Origin: Flavobacteriales bacterium
GTDB lineage: Bacteria; Bacteroidota; Bacteroidia; NS11-12g; UBA955
Reading direction: 5' to 3'
Assembly (NCBI GenBank): GCA_947464515.1
Contig: CANHXF010000001.1
Location: 1-31,319, forward strand
Length of the DNA: 31,319 bases
The first letter of the stretch is position 1; each line of letters begins with the position of its first letter. Positions 1-9,479 of this stretch are shown here, one piece after another. Under the pieces are notes generated by a model. The model was not told where the DNA came from, made no database searches, and saw only the letters and a list, made by a program, of their open reading frames with translations. A program made the position numbers and the translations under genes.

Positions 1-1038
1 AATCCCAATGAGGGAATTCAACTGTTTCAATCCATTCAATATGTATATCGCCCCAAATGGCGCTCAATATTGTCTTCCGCGATAGGCTTGTTCTCAAAGC
101 GACCCATACAAGTATCCTTTTTTCGATCTAAACCGTTTGCTCAAAAGCTAAAGCATCTGCTTGATAATCATCATTTTGATGCCATTCACGTGCAGCATCT
201 CAGAATGGCCCAATATTTTGAAGACGGTGCGCCCTCAAATGCCATTTTGGATTTACCCGATGCCTTTAGTTTGTATTGGAAAAGACGAGAATCGGCTGCA
301 AAAAACCCATTTGATAGAGCGTTTCGTGGTATAGAGTTTTCTCGCCTTGCCAATTACGAAAAGTTGATGTTGCCAAAATTTGCTCAGTCCTTGGTGTGTT
401 CCACCGAAGACCGAGATTATCTAATCAATGCAGGGATAAACAATGTAGATGTCCTCCCGAATGGGGTCAGCCTGAAATCGTTCTCACCCCAAGGCAGCGA
501 CGCAATCATAAAAAATAGAATTCTATTTACCGGGAATATGGATTATGCGCCCAATGTAGACGCCGTCCAGTATTTTGTGGATGAGATTTTTCCTTTGATC
601 CTTGAAAAACACCCCGAATCGCATTTTGTGATTGCTGGGCAGCGACCTGTAAAAGCCGTGCTCGATTTAGTATCAGACCGCATCGAAGTAACAGGGTTTA
701 TCGAAGATCTTTCTTTGGAATATGCCAAAGCGAATGTGGTGGTATCGCCGTTGAGGATAGGAGCGGGGACACAAAACAAAGTCCTTGAAGCCTTGGCGAT
801 GAATCAGGCCGTTGTGTGCTCAAAGGTCGGATTTTTGGGGTTGGGTCTCAAATCAGGCGAGGGGATTTTGATGGGAGAAACTGCCCTTGAATTCGCCAAC
901 CACGTCGTTTCTATATTAACTTCCGAAGAATTAAGAAAACGCTTGGGTGAAACAGGTGGACAGCATGTAAGATCAACCTTTGCATGGTCGGGAATATCTC
1001 AGCAATTATTATCGTATTTTGAAAAAATAAAATCATGA
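1..1038 (+). CDS. Glycosyltransferase family 4 (GT-B fold), 5'-truncated by the window edge
   Basis: The frame is open from base 1 (NPNEGIQLFQSIQYVYRPKWRSILSS...), so the TTG at 70 is probably not the true start. GT4-type motifs: ILFTGNMDYAPNVDAVQYF, VTGFIEDL, VVVSPLRIGAGTQNKVLEALAM. Confidence 0.88.
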   Translation, partial: NPNEGIQLFQSIQYVYRPKWRSILSSAIGLFSKRPIQVSFFRSKPFAQKLKHLLDNHHFDAIHVQHLRMAQYFEDGAPSNAILDLPDAFSLYWKRRESAAKNPFDRAFRGIEFSRLANYEKLMLPKFAQSLVCSTEDRDYLINAGINNVDVLPNGVSLKSFSPQGSDAIIKNRILFTGNMDYAPNVDAVQYFVDEIFPLILEKHPESHFVIAGQRPVKAVLDLVSDRIEVTGFIEDLSLEYAKANVVVSPLRIGAGTQNKVLEALAMNQAVVCSKVGFLGLGLKSGEGILMGETALEFANHVVSILTSEELRKRLGETGGQHVRSTFAWSGISQQLLSYFEKIKS

Positions 1039-4000
1039 ATAAAATCAGTGTATCGATGTTCTTTGTCGCGTTCTCATTGGTGTGGGGCGTACAAGCACAA
1101 AAAACTGGGGGCAAAGCAAGTGCCTCAACCGAAACGGTTAAATCGTTAAAAGCCAATGGAGTTCCGGATTCATTAATCAAGCCGATTTTGGGTCAGGTGA
1201 ATTTCCGGATGATCGGTCCTTCTACCACCAGCGGTAGAATCGTTGACATCGCGGTGAACCCCCTCAACAAATCTGAATATTACCTGGCTGCGGCTTACGG
1301 TGGCGTCTGGAAAACCTCCAATGGAGGAACCACCTACCAGCCCATCTTTGATAGTTACGGCACGCAAAGCATCGGCTGCCTCGCCCTCGATCCAAAAAAC
1401 CCCAACATCCTTTGGGTGGGAACCGGCGAAAACAACAACCAACGCAGTGTGGGCTACGGAAATGGCATTTATCGAAGTCTCGATGGCGGAAAATCCTTCG
1501 AAAACATGGGCCTCAAACTCTCCGAGCACATCGGCATGATCAAAATCGATCCCACCAATTCCAACCGCGTTTGGGTGGCTGTCTATGGTCCCGTTTGGAA
1601 AGAAGGCGGCGAACGCGGCCTCTACCTCACCGAAGATGGCGGCAAAACATGGGCCCGCAATTTTCATGTATCCGATAACACAGGTTGCAACGAAGTATAC
1701 CTCGACCCCAATATGCCAGGTACTATGTATGCAGCGTTTCACCAGCGCAGACGTCACGAATGGACCTACCTCGGCGGTGGACCAGAATCGGCCCTATACA
1801 AGAGCACAGACAACGGCAAATCGTGGCGCAAATTGGCTGGCGGACTTCCCGGTGGCGAACTCGGCAGAATCACCATCGCCACAACCACCAAAGCCGGTCA
1901 AATGTATGCCATGGTAGAAGCGGAAGAAGGCAAGGGCGGCATTTTTATCAGCTACGATTACGGCGAAAGCTGGTCTAAGCAAAATCCGTTCTTCACCGCC
2001 GGCAACTACTACCAAGAGATTTTTGTGGATCCCACCAACCCCAATCGCCTGTTTTGCATGGATGCCTACATGAAAGTATCCGATGACGCGGGCAAAACCC
2101 TGAGAAACGCGGGTGAAGGCAACAAACACGTCGATAACCACGTCATTTGGATCGATCCAGCCCAGTCGTCGCATTGGTTGGTCGGTTGCGATGGTGGATT
2201 GTACGAAACGTTCGACAATGCGCAGCATTGGAACTACAAAGACAACATTTCCATTACCCAGTTTTATCGCGCTTCGGTTGATAACGCATCGCCATTCTAC
2301 AACATCTACGGCGGTACACAGGACAACAACACCCTGGGCGGTCCGGCCAAAAACAATTCAGCCAATGGCGTGAGCAACGACGATTGGTACGTAACCGTGG
2401 GCGGCGATGGTTTTAAGTCGCAGATCGATCCCACCAACCCCAACATCGTATACAGTCAGTGGCAATACGGCGGTTTGGTTCGATACGATAAAGTCACTGG
2501 GGAAGCGGTAGACATCAAACCCACAATTGGTTTAGACGAAGCCCCCCTCCGCTGGAATTGGGACGCGCCGTTGATTATTTCGCGCAGCAACCCCAAAGTG
2601 CTTTATTTTGCAGCCAATCGCGTGTTTAAAAGCGAAGACCGTGGCGATTCATGGACACCCATCAGCGGAGATTTGTCGCGCGGAATCGACCGAAATACCC
2701 TGCCCATCATGGGGAAAGTGTGGGGTGTGAATGCCGTAGTGAAAAACCAAAGTACCAGCATTTATGGCAATATTACCACGTTGAGCGAGGGCAAAAATGG
2801 CGAGTTGTATGCCGGTACCGACGATGGTTTGATATGGCGCAAAGAGGCCAGCAGCAGTGTTTGGGAAGTGCGGAGTAACCTCCAATGTTTTCCAGATGCG
2901 CCGAAAGGACAGGCCAACGGGGTAGGACATCCATTTATTTCAATGGTTTACGCATCGCCCAATTCAGGCAATGTGTATGCGGTTTTGGATCACCATCGAT
3001 TTGGGGATTTTAAGCCCTTTGTATACAAGAGCAGCAACGGTGGCGCTACGTGGACGAAAATCACGAAGGGATTGCCAGAAAATGGCCCCGTGAAAACCGT
3101 GATCGAAGATTTCAAGGATCAGGATATCGTGTTGGTGGGTACGGAATTTGGCTTGCACATCAGTTTTAATGGTGGTGGGGAGTTCCATTCTTGGCAGGGT
3201 GGCATGCCTCCAACGGCTGTGAAAGACATGGTGTTTCAAGAGCGCGACGATGACTTGGTGTTGGCGACGTTCGGTCGTGGATTTGCTGTGTGCGATGACT
3301 ACGAAAAGATTCGCGATTTCAAGTCGATGTTGACTGCGAATGCAGATCTCTCCAAACGCAGCTATATTTTGCCTGTGACCCCGGTGAAGTTGTTTATCCC
3401 TGCATCGCCTTTGGGTGGCGGCGGGAATGGTCACAAGGGCGCATCGCGATTCTCAGCACCGAATCCAGCCACCGGCGCAGTGATCGTTTATAACATCGAA
3501 AAGGAGTTTTCAACCATCGCCAGTCGGAGAAAGAAGAAAGAAACCGACGCGGTGAAGAACCCCAATGCATTGATTTATCCTGCCAAGGATTCCATTGTGT
3601 TGGAGAGTATGGAAGAGTCTGCCAAAGTATACATGGTGATTCGCAGTTCTCAGGAGGTTACCCCTTCCAATGTGGTGGCGAAATTTGCGGTGAATGCGGC
3701 GAAGGGATTGGCGAAAACCGAGTGGAATTTGCGCTATTCAGATCCATCGTTGCCGGTGCCAGCAGACAAAGGCTATCAAGCGGGGTGGGGACCTTATGTA
3801 ACGCCGGGGACGTATTACGCTAGTTTGGAATTGTTGGAAAAGGGCAACGTGTCCAATTTGACGGGTATTACTGATATCAAAGTTTCGTATTTGTATGAGC
3901 CGAGCATTCCGTTGGCGAGCATCGACGAGAAATCTGCCCAGGTGTCGAAGTTGTTCCAGGTGAAGCAGAACGTGGCGAATACTAATTTGCGCATCGAAGA

Positions 4001-4364
4001 GATTCAAAACGGTTTGAATGCGATGAAAAATGCGGCTGGGGTTCCCAATACCAATGCCCGTGACTTTGCGATGCTTTCCAGCCAGTTGCAAAAGGTGGTG
4101 AACGATGTAAATTTGATTCTCAATGGGAATGGGGCTTTGGCTGCTGAGGAGTTTGAAACCACGGAAGGATTGAACGAGCTGTTTGGTTCGGCGTATTACT
4201 CGTGCATGGATGCCTTAAACGCACCCACCAAAACACATTTGCAGAAATTGGATTTGGTCTCTACTCATTTGGTGAAGGTGGATGCGCAGCTCAACGATGT
4301 GATGAACCAATACAACGCGATGGCGTCGCAGTACCCAGCGCTGAGATTGCCGGTGTTACGGTAA
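1035..4364 (+). CDS. Secreted VPS10/sortilin-like BNR (Asp-box) repeat beta-propeller protein, usually annotated glycosyl hydrolase
   Basis: Signal peptide, then repeated Asp-boxes (SxDGGxxW/F type: KTSNGGTTY, RSLDGGKSF, LTEDGGKTW, KSTDNGKSW, VSDDAGKTL, KSEDRGDSW, KSSNGGATW) and a C-terminal helical/coiled region. ATGA overlap with the upstream gene. Confidence 0.85.
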   Translation: MNKISVSMFFVAFSLVWGVQAQKTGGKASASTETVKSLKANGVPDSLIKPILGQVNFRMIGPSTTSGRIVDIAVNPLNKSEYYLAAAYGGVWKTSNGGTTYQPIFDSYGTQSIGCLALDPKNPNILWVGTGENNNQRSVGYGNGIYRSLDGGKSFENMGLKLSEHIGMIKIDPTNSNRVWVAVYGPVWKEGGERGLYLTEDGGKTWARNFHVSDNTGCNEVYLDPNMPGTMYAAFHQRRRHEWTYLGGGPESALYKSTDNGKSWRKLAGGLPGGELGRITIATTTKAGQMYAMVEAEEGKGGIFISYDYGESWSKQNPFFTAGNYYQEIFVDPTNPNRLFCMDAYMKVSDDAGKTLRNAGEGNKHVDNHVIWIDPAQSSHWLVGCDGGLYETFDNAQHWNYKDNISITQFYRASVDNASPFYNIYGGTQDNNTLGGPAKNNSANGVSNDDWYVTVGGDGFKSQIDPTNPNIVYSQWQYGGLVRYDKVTGEAVDIKPTIGLDEAPLRWNWDAPLIISRSNPKVLYFAANRVFKSEDRGDSWTPISGDLSRGIDRNTLPIMGKVWGVNAVVKNQSTSIYGNITTLSEGKNGELYAGTDDGLIWRKEASSSVWEVRSNLQCFPDAPKGQANGVGHPFISMVYASPNSGNVYAVLDHHRFGDFKPFVYKSSNGGATWTKITKGLPENGPVKTVIEDFKDQDIVLVGTEFGLHISFNGGGEFHSWQGGMPPTAVKDMVFQERDDDLVLATFGRGFAVCDDYEKIRDFKSMLTANADLSKRSYILPVTPVKLFIPASPLGGGGNGHKGASRFSAPNPATGAVIVYNIEKEFSTIASRRKKKETDAVKNPNALIYPAKDSIVLESMEESAKVYMVIRSSQEVTPSNVVAKFAVNAAKGLAKTEWNLRYSDPSLPVPADKGYQAGWGPYVTPGTYYASLELLEKGNVSNLTGITDIKVSYLYEPSIPLASIDEKSAQVSKLFQVKQNVANTNLRIEEIQNGLNAMKNAAGVPNTNARDFAMLSSQLQKVVNDVNLILNGNGALAAEEFETTEGLNELFGSAYYSCMDALNAPTKTHLQKLDLVSTHLVKVDAQLNDVMNQYNAMASQYPALRLPVLR

Positions 4365-4389
4365 AAAATAACGGATAAAATAAAAAGAG

Positions 4390-4409
4390 GGCCAGCAATT
4401 TTGCTGGCC
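4390..4409. terminator. Intrinsic terminator-like hairpin after the VPS10 gene
   Basis: GGCCAGCAA-TT-TTGCTGGCC, a perfect 9-bp stem 25 nt after the stop, flanked by A- and T-rich tracts. Confidence 0.65.
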
Positions 4410-4585
4410 TTAAGATATTATTTTTCAATTAATTAGGTCATTTATTTTGATTCTTGAGACCAACGCAACAATTCAATTGAATTTTGTGTCTATTGATTTG
4501 TTCCATAAGGTTTGAATACCCAGTTGGAGCACAATTTCTTTTTTAACAAAAAAATCAAGATAGCACACCTAATGTGAAAGACGGC

Positions 4586-6340
4586 ATGAAAAAAATGAAA
4601 AATACACTGTTAGTATTAGTGTTACTATTTACTGTGATTGGGAAGACTTATGCTCAGCCTGATATACGTGTATACTACGGGCCCAATTATTGTATTGGTT
4701 CCCAAGTGGAGTTTGGCGCGTTTAATTACGGTAAAGAAAACCTATGGGATTTCAATGGAGAGGGGCAGTCAAAACAGATTTATCCAATATTTACTTTCAA
4801 AAAATCGGGGCATAAAATAATTACATTCAGTACCATTATCGACGGAACCAGATGGGTAACTAAATTGAGTTTGGAGGTAATCGGATTACCAACAATTAGA
4901 GTGAAATTGCAAAGTCCACAAGAACAGTGTTTCGAAAACAACTTATTCTGTTTTACCGATAGTTCATTCAATGAGAATGGGTCAAAAATCTCAAAAATTC
5001 GTTATTCTCTGGGTGATGGCCAACACCTTGAATTTACCCAACCAACCATGCCACAGACTTTTTGTTTTTCGTTAAAAGAAGTAAAGGGTGGAGCCGTTCC
5101 TTTGTTTATAGAGGTTGAAGACGAAAAAGGATGCGTCAACAATGATGTCATTGACGGTGCTATGAAAATTCGAGAGAAAATTGGTGCTCGTTTTACCATT
5201 GACAAACCCATGGGATGTGATAGTGTAATTGCGAAGATTAATAATATATCGCGAATAGATAAAAGTAAGGTCAAGAAAATTACTTGGTATTGGGGCGATG
5301 GGTCAACTAGTTCTGATTGGGGGCCAGCCTTGAAAAAGACATTTTATGGAAAAGGTATTTATAATCCCGCAGTTGCCATTGAGACCCTAGACGGTTGCAA
5401 AGATTCATTTACAGTAATGGCCACTCGTTTGGATATTGATTTTGACTTTGACATTTTTATCCCATCTTGCTCTTCCGTTATTTATTTCTATGATAGTTCT
5501 ACAATGCTTGACCCTTGTAGTTGGGTAATGAATAACTGCAGCAGTACATCACCAATGCAATGCGACTTCATTAAGGAATGGAAAATTGATTGGGGTGACT
5601 CTAAGAACAATGTTTACAAGAGGGCCACATGGAACCAACCTGGGATACCAAATATAGTTGGACATATATACACCCACAACGGATGGTTTAAAATTCAATA
5701 TCATTTGAAGACAGACAAAGGTTCAGAAGATAGTATTAGTCGTTGGATAAAAACACCTGGACCACGTCCAAAATTCAATTTCACAGATTTTGAGGGTAAT
5801 GAAGCAATCATTTATGCGGGTGATAGTATTCAGGTTGGCAATTTGTCAGATACGGCATCGAGGAAATCTGATTGGACATGGTTTTGGGGTGATGGGAAAA
5901 TTGACAACAAGCGTGATCAATTTCTGTGGCATACATACAAGAAGCCTGGCAAGTATTTGGTATTTGTAGAGCATTACGATTCATTGATTTATCCTCCGAA
6001 TATTAATAAATTCTGTCCTGCTACCTTCCCGGATACCCCATCACAAAAGGCTTTCATTGTAACTGTTCTGCAAAGGGATACTCAAACCGGCTTTGTGCCA
6101 CAACCCGTCAATCCAACCATTGGTGTATTCCCAAATCCGAGTCGTGGTGAGTTTGAGTTAGAAATGCCGTCGCAAAAAATACAGCAAGTAGAGATTTTCT
6201 CATCAGATGGTAGATTGGTTTGGTCTGAAAAGTTCAAAACCAAACAGAATTCCCAAACGATCAAATTCAATGCAAAATCCGGTATTTACTTCATGAGAAT
6301 CAATGAGACGGTTTGGCGAAAAATTGAAATTGTGGACTGA
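4586..6340 (+). CDS. PKD-domain surface protein with T9SS type A C-terminal sorting domain
   Basis: Signal peptide MKKMKNTLLVLVLLFTVIGKTYA (ATG at 4586 or 4595 preferred over GTG at 4574). PKD cores WDFNGEG, WYWGDG, WKIDWGD, WTWFWGDG. C-terminus VFPNPSRGEF...GIYFMRIN...KIEIVD is a typical T9SS CTD. Confidence 0.85.
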   Translation: MKKMKNTLLVLVLLFTVIGKTYAQPDIRVYYGPNYCIGSQVEFGAFNYGKENLWDFNGEGQSKQIYPIFTFKKSGHKIITFSTIIDGTRWVTKLSLEVIGLPTIRVKLQSPQEQCFENNLFCFTDSSFNENGSKISKIRYSLGDGQHLEFTQPTMPQTFCFSLKEVKGGAVPLFIEVEDEKGCVNNDVIDGAMKIREKIGARFTIDKPMGCDSVIAKINNISRIDKSKVKKITWYWGDGSTSSDWGPALKKTFYGKGIYNPAVAIETLDGCKDSFTVMATRLDIDFDFDIFIPSCSSVIYFYDSSTMLDPCSWVMNNCSSTSPMQCDFIKEWKIDWGDSKNNVYKRATWNQPGIPNIVGHIYTHNGWFKIQYHLKTDKGSEDSISRWIKTPGPRPKFNFTDFEGNEAIIYAGDSIQVGNLSDTASRKSDWTWFWGDGKIDNKRDQFLWHTYKKPGKYLVFVEHYDSLIYPPNINKFCPATFPDTPSQKAFIVTVLQRDTQTGFVPQPVNPTIGVFPNPSRGEFELEMPSQKIQQVEIFSSDGRLVWSEKFKTKQNSQTIKFNAKSGIYFMRINETVWRKIEIVD

Positions 6341-6472
6341 AAAGTGTACTAATTATCTGGGCTGTAAGATTTGAATTCATTGGGTTATTCGGCCACCTTG
6401 TTTGCTCCAAATGCCAATATGCTCAACGTCGTGGTGGTAGATTTTTTACATGATTATTAACACCTAGAACAA

Positions 6473-7177
6473 TTAATGTTGTTTACCCCAAACGATACTC
6501 AAGGTAATTCGTTGCCGTAAATAATTAAAATCATTGCCTTCCTTCAATTCATCACGCAGGGTTACATTCATATCGTATCGGCATCTCAGCTTGAACTTGC
6601 CAACATCAAACGGAGGTAAAGCAATCCCTAAAGTAGGGCCCAGGTTAAATCGCTCAATTAATTGATTGTTTCTTCCATTAAGAGAATTTTTAGTGAACCA
6701 AACTCTATATCCAGAGAAATTGGTGTCCCCCTCGTAATGTAATACCTCGGTAAAACCTTCGGAAAGGGTAGTTATTTTATAATTACAATGTATACCCAAG
6801 GCTACCTGAAACTCCTTGTTTAATGTGCCAAAGTTGATAAAATAATTATTCAAGCTAAGGGAGCTGGTTGAATAATTAATGGATGTTGTAATACCTGTTC
6901 GAGCACCGGCATGTTGTCCCCGAGCTTGTACTTCTATTTGTCCTCGACTCAATTCCAATCCCACTTCATTGTTTTTCAGGACCAAATAAGTTGCTTTGGG
7001 GTTCTGATACCTTGCCATGAGAGACAGTCCAAGCCCATCTGACCGATTCTTTAAATAAGCATATTCAGGGGATTGCCACAAATGGTTGGCATTGATAGCC
7101 ACGCCTGTTTCCAAAGTTTGGGCCTGGGCGGTTTTTCCTAAAGCCATTAATAATAAACCAATGAGAAGTCGTTTCAT
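6473..7177 (-). CDS. Hypothetical outer-membrane beta-barrel-like protein, paralog of 7992..8666
   Basis: Signal peptide MKRLLIGLLLMALGKTAQA from ATG 7177 (the ORF-track start at 7219 is probably too long). Amphipathic beta-strand pattern, ending RQRITLSIVW. Clear alignment to 7992..8666. Confidence 0.7.
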   Translation of the reverse strand: MKRLLIGLLLMALGKTAQAQTLETGVAINANHLWQSPEYAYLKNRSDGLGLSLMARYQNPKATYLVLKNNEVGLELSRGQIEVQARGQHAGARTGITTSINYSTSSLSLNNYFINFGTLNKEFQVALGIHCNYKITTLSEGFTEVLHYEGDTNFSGYRVWFTKNSLNGRNNQLIERFNLGPTLGIALPPFDVGKFKLRCRYDMNVTLRDELKEGNDFNYLRQRITLSIVWGKQH

Positions 7178-7236
7178 GTGGTTGTGAAATATCATGATCA
7201 AGTATTCTACCAGTCGCATATTGAGGGGTAAACTTA

Positions 7237-7911
7237 TTAAAGTTGTTTTGGCCAGATGTTATATTTGACACCCAGACTCAGCATGTAAATTGGTGCATCT
7301 AGATATTGTCCATAATCATACTTGCTTGGTAGTAGTCCCCTTATCGGCTCATCGTTTAACTTCTCATAATAAATACCGGCATAGAAGCTAGATCGTCTTT
7401 TTGGCAATTGGTAGGTGTAATTTACAGTATAACAAATGCCCTTACCTAGGTAAAGATAATAACTTTGTTTAGGGTCACTCTTATCATAGGCCCTTGACGG
7501 ATAAGCCAGAGTATAACCACAGCCGATATTTAACGATGAAATCTCTGAATGGATTAATCTAAATTGCGGAAGAACCCTAAACTGTTTTAGTATAAAGGGT
7601 ATATCCCCAATCTCAAGTAATGAATCGTTGAATTTATAATGGGCAATCCTTCTAAAACTAGAGTAGTCATAGGAAACTTCAAGTGAAAAATTCCTTCTTG
7701 AAGCATCCAAACCTAGTGTTAAACCAGCATTAAGCGGCCATGAATAAGTTACGTTACGTTTTGTTGCTATTTCGAAAGATTTCGTATACTTAAAACAATA
7801 TGGTGAAATCACACCCGCTTTAAAACTATAGATAATCGAATCCTTAGGAATTGCCTTAATTCCTGAAACTGAAAAAGCAGTCAAAAGTAAAGCGATTATT
7901 TTTTCTTTCAT
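7237..7911 (-). CDS. Hypothetical outer-membrane beta-barrel-like protein
   Basis: Signal peptide MKEKIIALLLTAFSVSGIKA from ATG 7911. Tyr/Gly-rich amphipathic strands and a terminal strand MLSLGVKYNIW. Confidence 0.65.
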   Translation of the reverse strand: MKEKIIALLLTAFSVSGIKAIPKDSIIYSFKAGVISPYCFKYTKSFEIATKRNVTYSWPLNAGLTLGLDASRRNFSLEVSYDYSSFRRIAHYKFNDSLLEIGDIPFILKQFRVLPQFRLIHSEISSLNIGCGYTLAYPSRAYDKSDPKQSYYLYLGKGICYTVNYTYQLPKRRSSFYAGIYYEKLNDEPIRGLLPSKYDYGQYLDAPIYMLSLGVKYNIWPKQL

Positions 7912-7991
7912 TTCCAAAATTGGTTCTTTGTACAATTTTAACACCCGCTATCGTTGTGAATTTCCCGCATGACCAATTTGCTTGCTGCGAA

Positions 7992-8666
7992 TCACTTTTG
8001 TTTATCCCAAACGATACTCAAGGTAAAACGTTGCCGTAAATTATTGAAATTCATTTCCCCATCCTTTTCGCCAAGCATGGTAGCACTAATATCGTATCTG
8101 CTTCGCAGAACTAGTTTGCCTAACTGAAAGGGACGGAATGCAATTCCTATTGTCGGACCCATATTAAAACGTCGAATAAACGGATTGTTTCTTCCATCAA
8201 GAGAATAATAATCACTTTTCGTCCAAGGGTTCCCTAGAGAGTCCCGTTTATAGGTACAATTCGTGAAACCCCCATCAGAAAGGGTATGTATCTTATAGTT
8301 GTAGTGTAACCCCATAGACACTTGAAAACCCTTTTTTAAGGTCCCGAAATTGGCAAAATAATTATTTAATGTGAATGAAGTACTGCTGTATTTGAGATTT
8401 GTTCTTTCACCCCTATGATATCCGATTCTTAATTCTCCGCGACTGTGTTCGAATCCTATCTCATTGTTTTTAAGCAGCAAATGTGTTGCGTTGGGATTCT
8501 GATACCTTGCCATAGCAGAGATTCCCAATCTCTGTGTTCTGTATGCATAGTCACTTTCATATTGCCACAAATGGGTTTTGTTGATGGCGAGACCTGTTTC
8601 CCAAGTTTGGGCCTGGGCGGTACATCCCCACGTTAATAAAATCAATCCCGTTAATAAATGTTTCAT
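7992..8666 (-). CDS. Hypothetical outer-membrane beta-barrel-like protein, paralog of 6473..7177
   Basis: Signal peptide MKHLLTGLILLTWGCTAQA from ATG 8666. Shares MARYQNP, LKNNE, LNNYF.NFGTL, GRNN, GPT.GIA and LRQR.TLSIVW with 6473..7177. Confidence 0.7.
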   Translation of the reverse strand: MKHLLTGLILLTWGCTAQAQTWETGLAINKTHLWQYESDYAYRTQRLGISAMARYQNPNATHLLLKNNEIGFEHSRGELRIGYHRGERTNLKYSSTSFTLNNYFANFGTLKKGFQVSMGLHYNYKIHTLSDGGFTNCTYKRDSLGNPWTKSDYYSLDGRNNPFIRRFNMGPTIGIAFRPFQLGKLVLRSRYDISATMLGEKDGEMNFNNLRQRFTLSIVWDKQK

Positions 8667-8713
8667 AGGGTGAAGTATTTTCAAGGTTCAATATAGAACT
8701 AAATTGTGTAAAT

Positions 8714-8739
8714 GCGTCGCACTTGCTACAAGTTTTGTC
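8714..8739 (+). repeat. Copy of a 26-bp direct repeat; the other copy is at 10165..10190 inside hppA
   Basis: GCGTCGCACTTGCTACAAGTTTTGTC versus GCATCGCCCTTGCTACAAGTTTTGTC: 24/26 identical, with an exact 18-bp core (8722..8739 = 10173..10190). Confidence 0.8.
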
Positions 8740-8917
8740 TTTGAGATTGCTGGCCCGATCTTTTTAAAGATTCAGTGAAATGCTGCTGAATACAAAACAA
8801 AATATTAACTTGGCATCACGAAGATTTTGGTATAACGGTTGGGGAGTGGTCAATACCCCTGAAACTCTAACTTAGGTTCTCTGAAATACGGGGAGGGTTC
8901 ACACTATATAAATAAAA

Positions 8918-9394
8918 ATGAGCAGGTTGATTTTATTTGGAATAATAGTTTTTGCTTTTTGCATGATTTTTTCATCGTGCAAAAACTCAGTTAAGTTAGA
9001 TGCAAGTAAATTAGACACAGCCTATTTCACGGGGGAGTATAAAACTAACTATTTAGGGAAAATAGAGAAAATATTTTTGAAGGGAAACGGCTGGTACGAT
9101 TATCTAAATGAGGAAAACAGCGATACGATAATCATGAATGCTGGGAAATGGAACTTTGAAAGTGGCAAAACATGTTCTATCTTGCTTGCGGACTACCCAA
9201 ATATTAGGTCAGAAAAAGTATTCCTTGATGGTGGCGATAAAGTAAATTTATCATTGAATGTCAATACTCATATAGAAGAAAATTTAGGTGATTTGGAAAC
9301 ATTGGTTATCGATGAAAGAGGTGGCGAACTTAGTTATATTTTTGCCAAGCAGGATAAAATCAGAAACAAAGATTATCTGCTCAAAGTGGAATAA
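8918..9394 (+). CDS. Hypothetical lipoprotein
   Basis: 158-aa ORF with an SPII-type signal MSRLILFGIIVFAFCMIFSS-C; beta-rich mature region; AT-rich. Confidence 0.7.
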   Translation: MSRLILFGIIVFAFCMIFSSCKNSVKLDASKLDTAYFTGEYKTNYLGKIEKIFLKGNGWYDYLNEENSDTIIMNAGKWNFESGKTCSILLADYPNIRSEKVFLDGGDKVNLSLNVNTHIEENLGDLETLVIDERGGELSYIFAKQDKIRNKDYLLKVE

Positions 9395-9479
9395 TCGCCC
9401 AAAACGCCCCTCTTCATCAGACTGAAATTGACACCCAATAAAATCAAGGCCTCAGAGCAATCTAGGGTCTTACTGTTTC

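Noticed and set aside
1173-4091. Many 80-190 aa alternative-frame ORFs within the VPS10 gene
   Set aside because: Expected from the higher G+C of this gene; none has recognisable features.
6481-7233. 9-bp inverted repeat GTTTACCCC/GGGGTAAAC flanking the gene at 6473..7177, as a possible shufflon site
   Set aside because: Too short to be significant, not repeated around the other barrel genes, and no recombinase is present.
4389-8756. 11-bp inverted match GGGCCAGCAAT (4389..4399 versus 8746..8756) near the edges of the AT-rich block
   Set aside because: Many 11-bp matches are expected by chance in 31 kb; one copy is simply a terminator arm and the match does not extend.
8830-8910. GTATAAC-GGTTGGGG as an attC-like left end before the lipoprotein, implying a cassette array
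   Set aside because: No complementary GTT-core right end or extended hairpin, no repetition between other genes, and no integrase.
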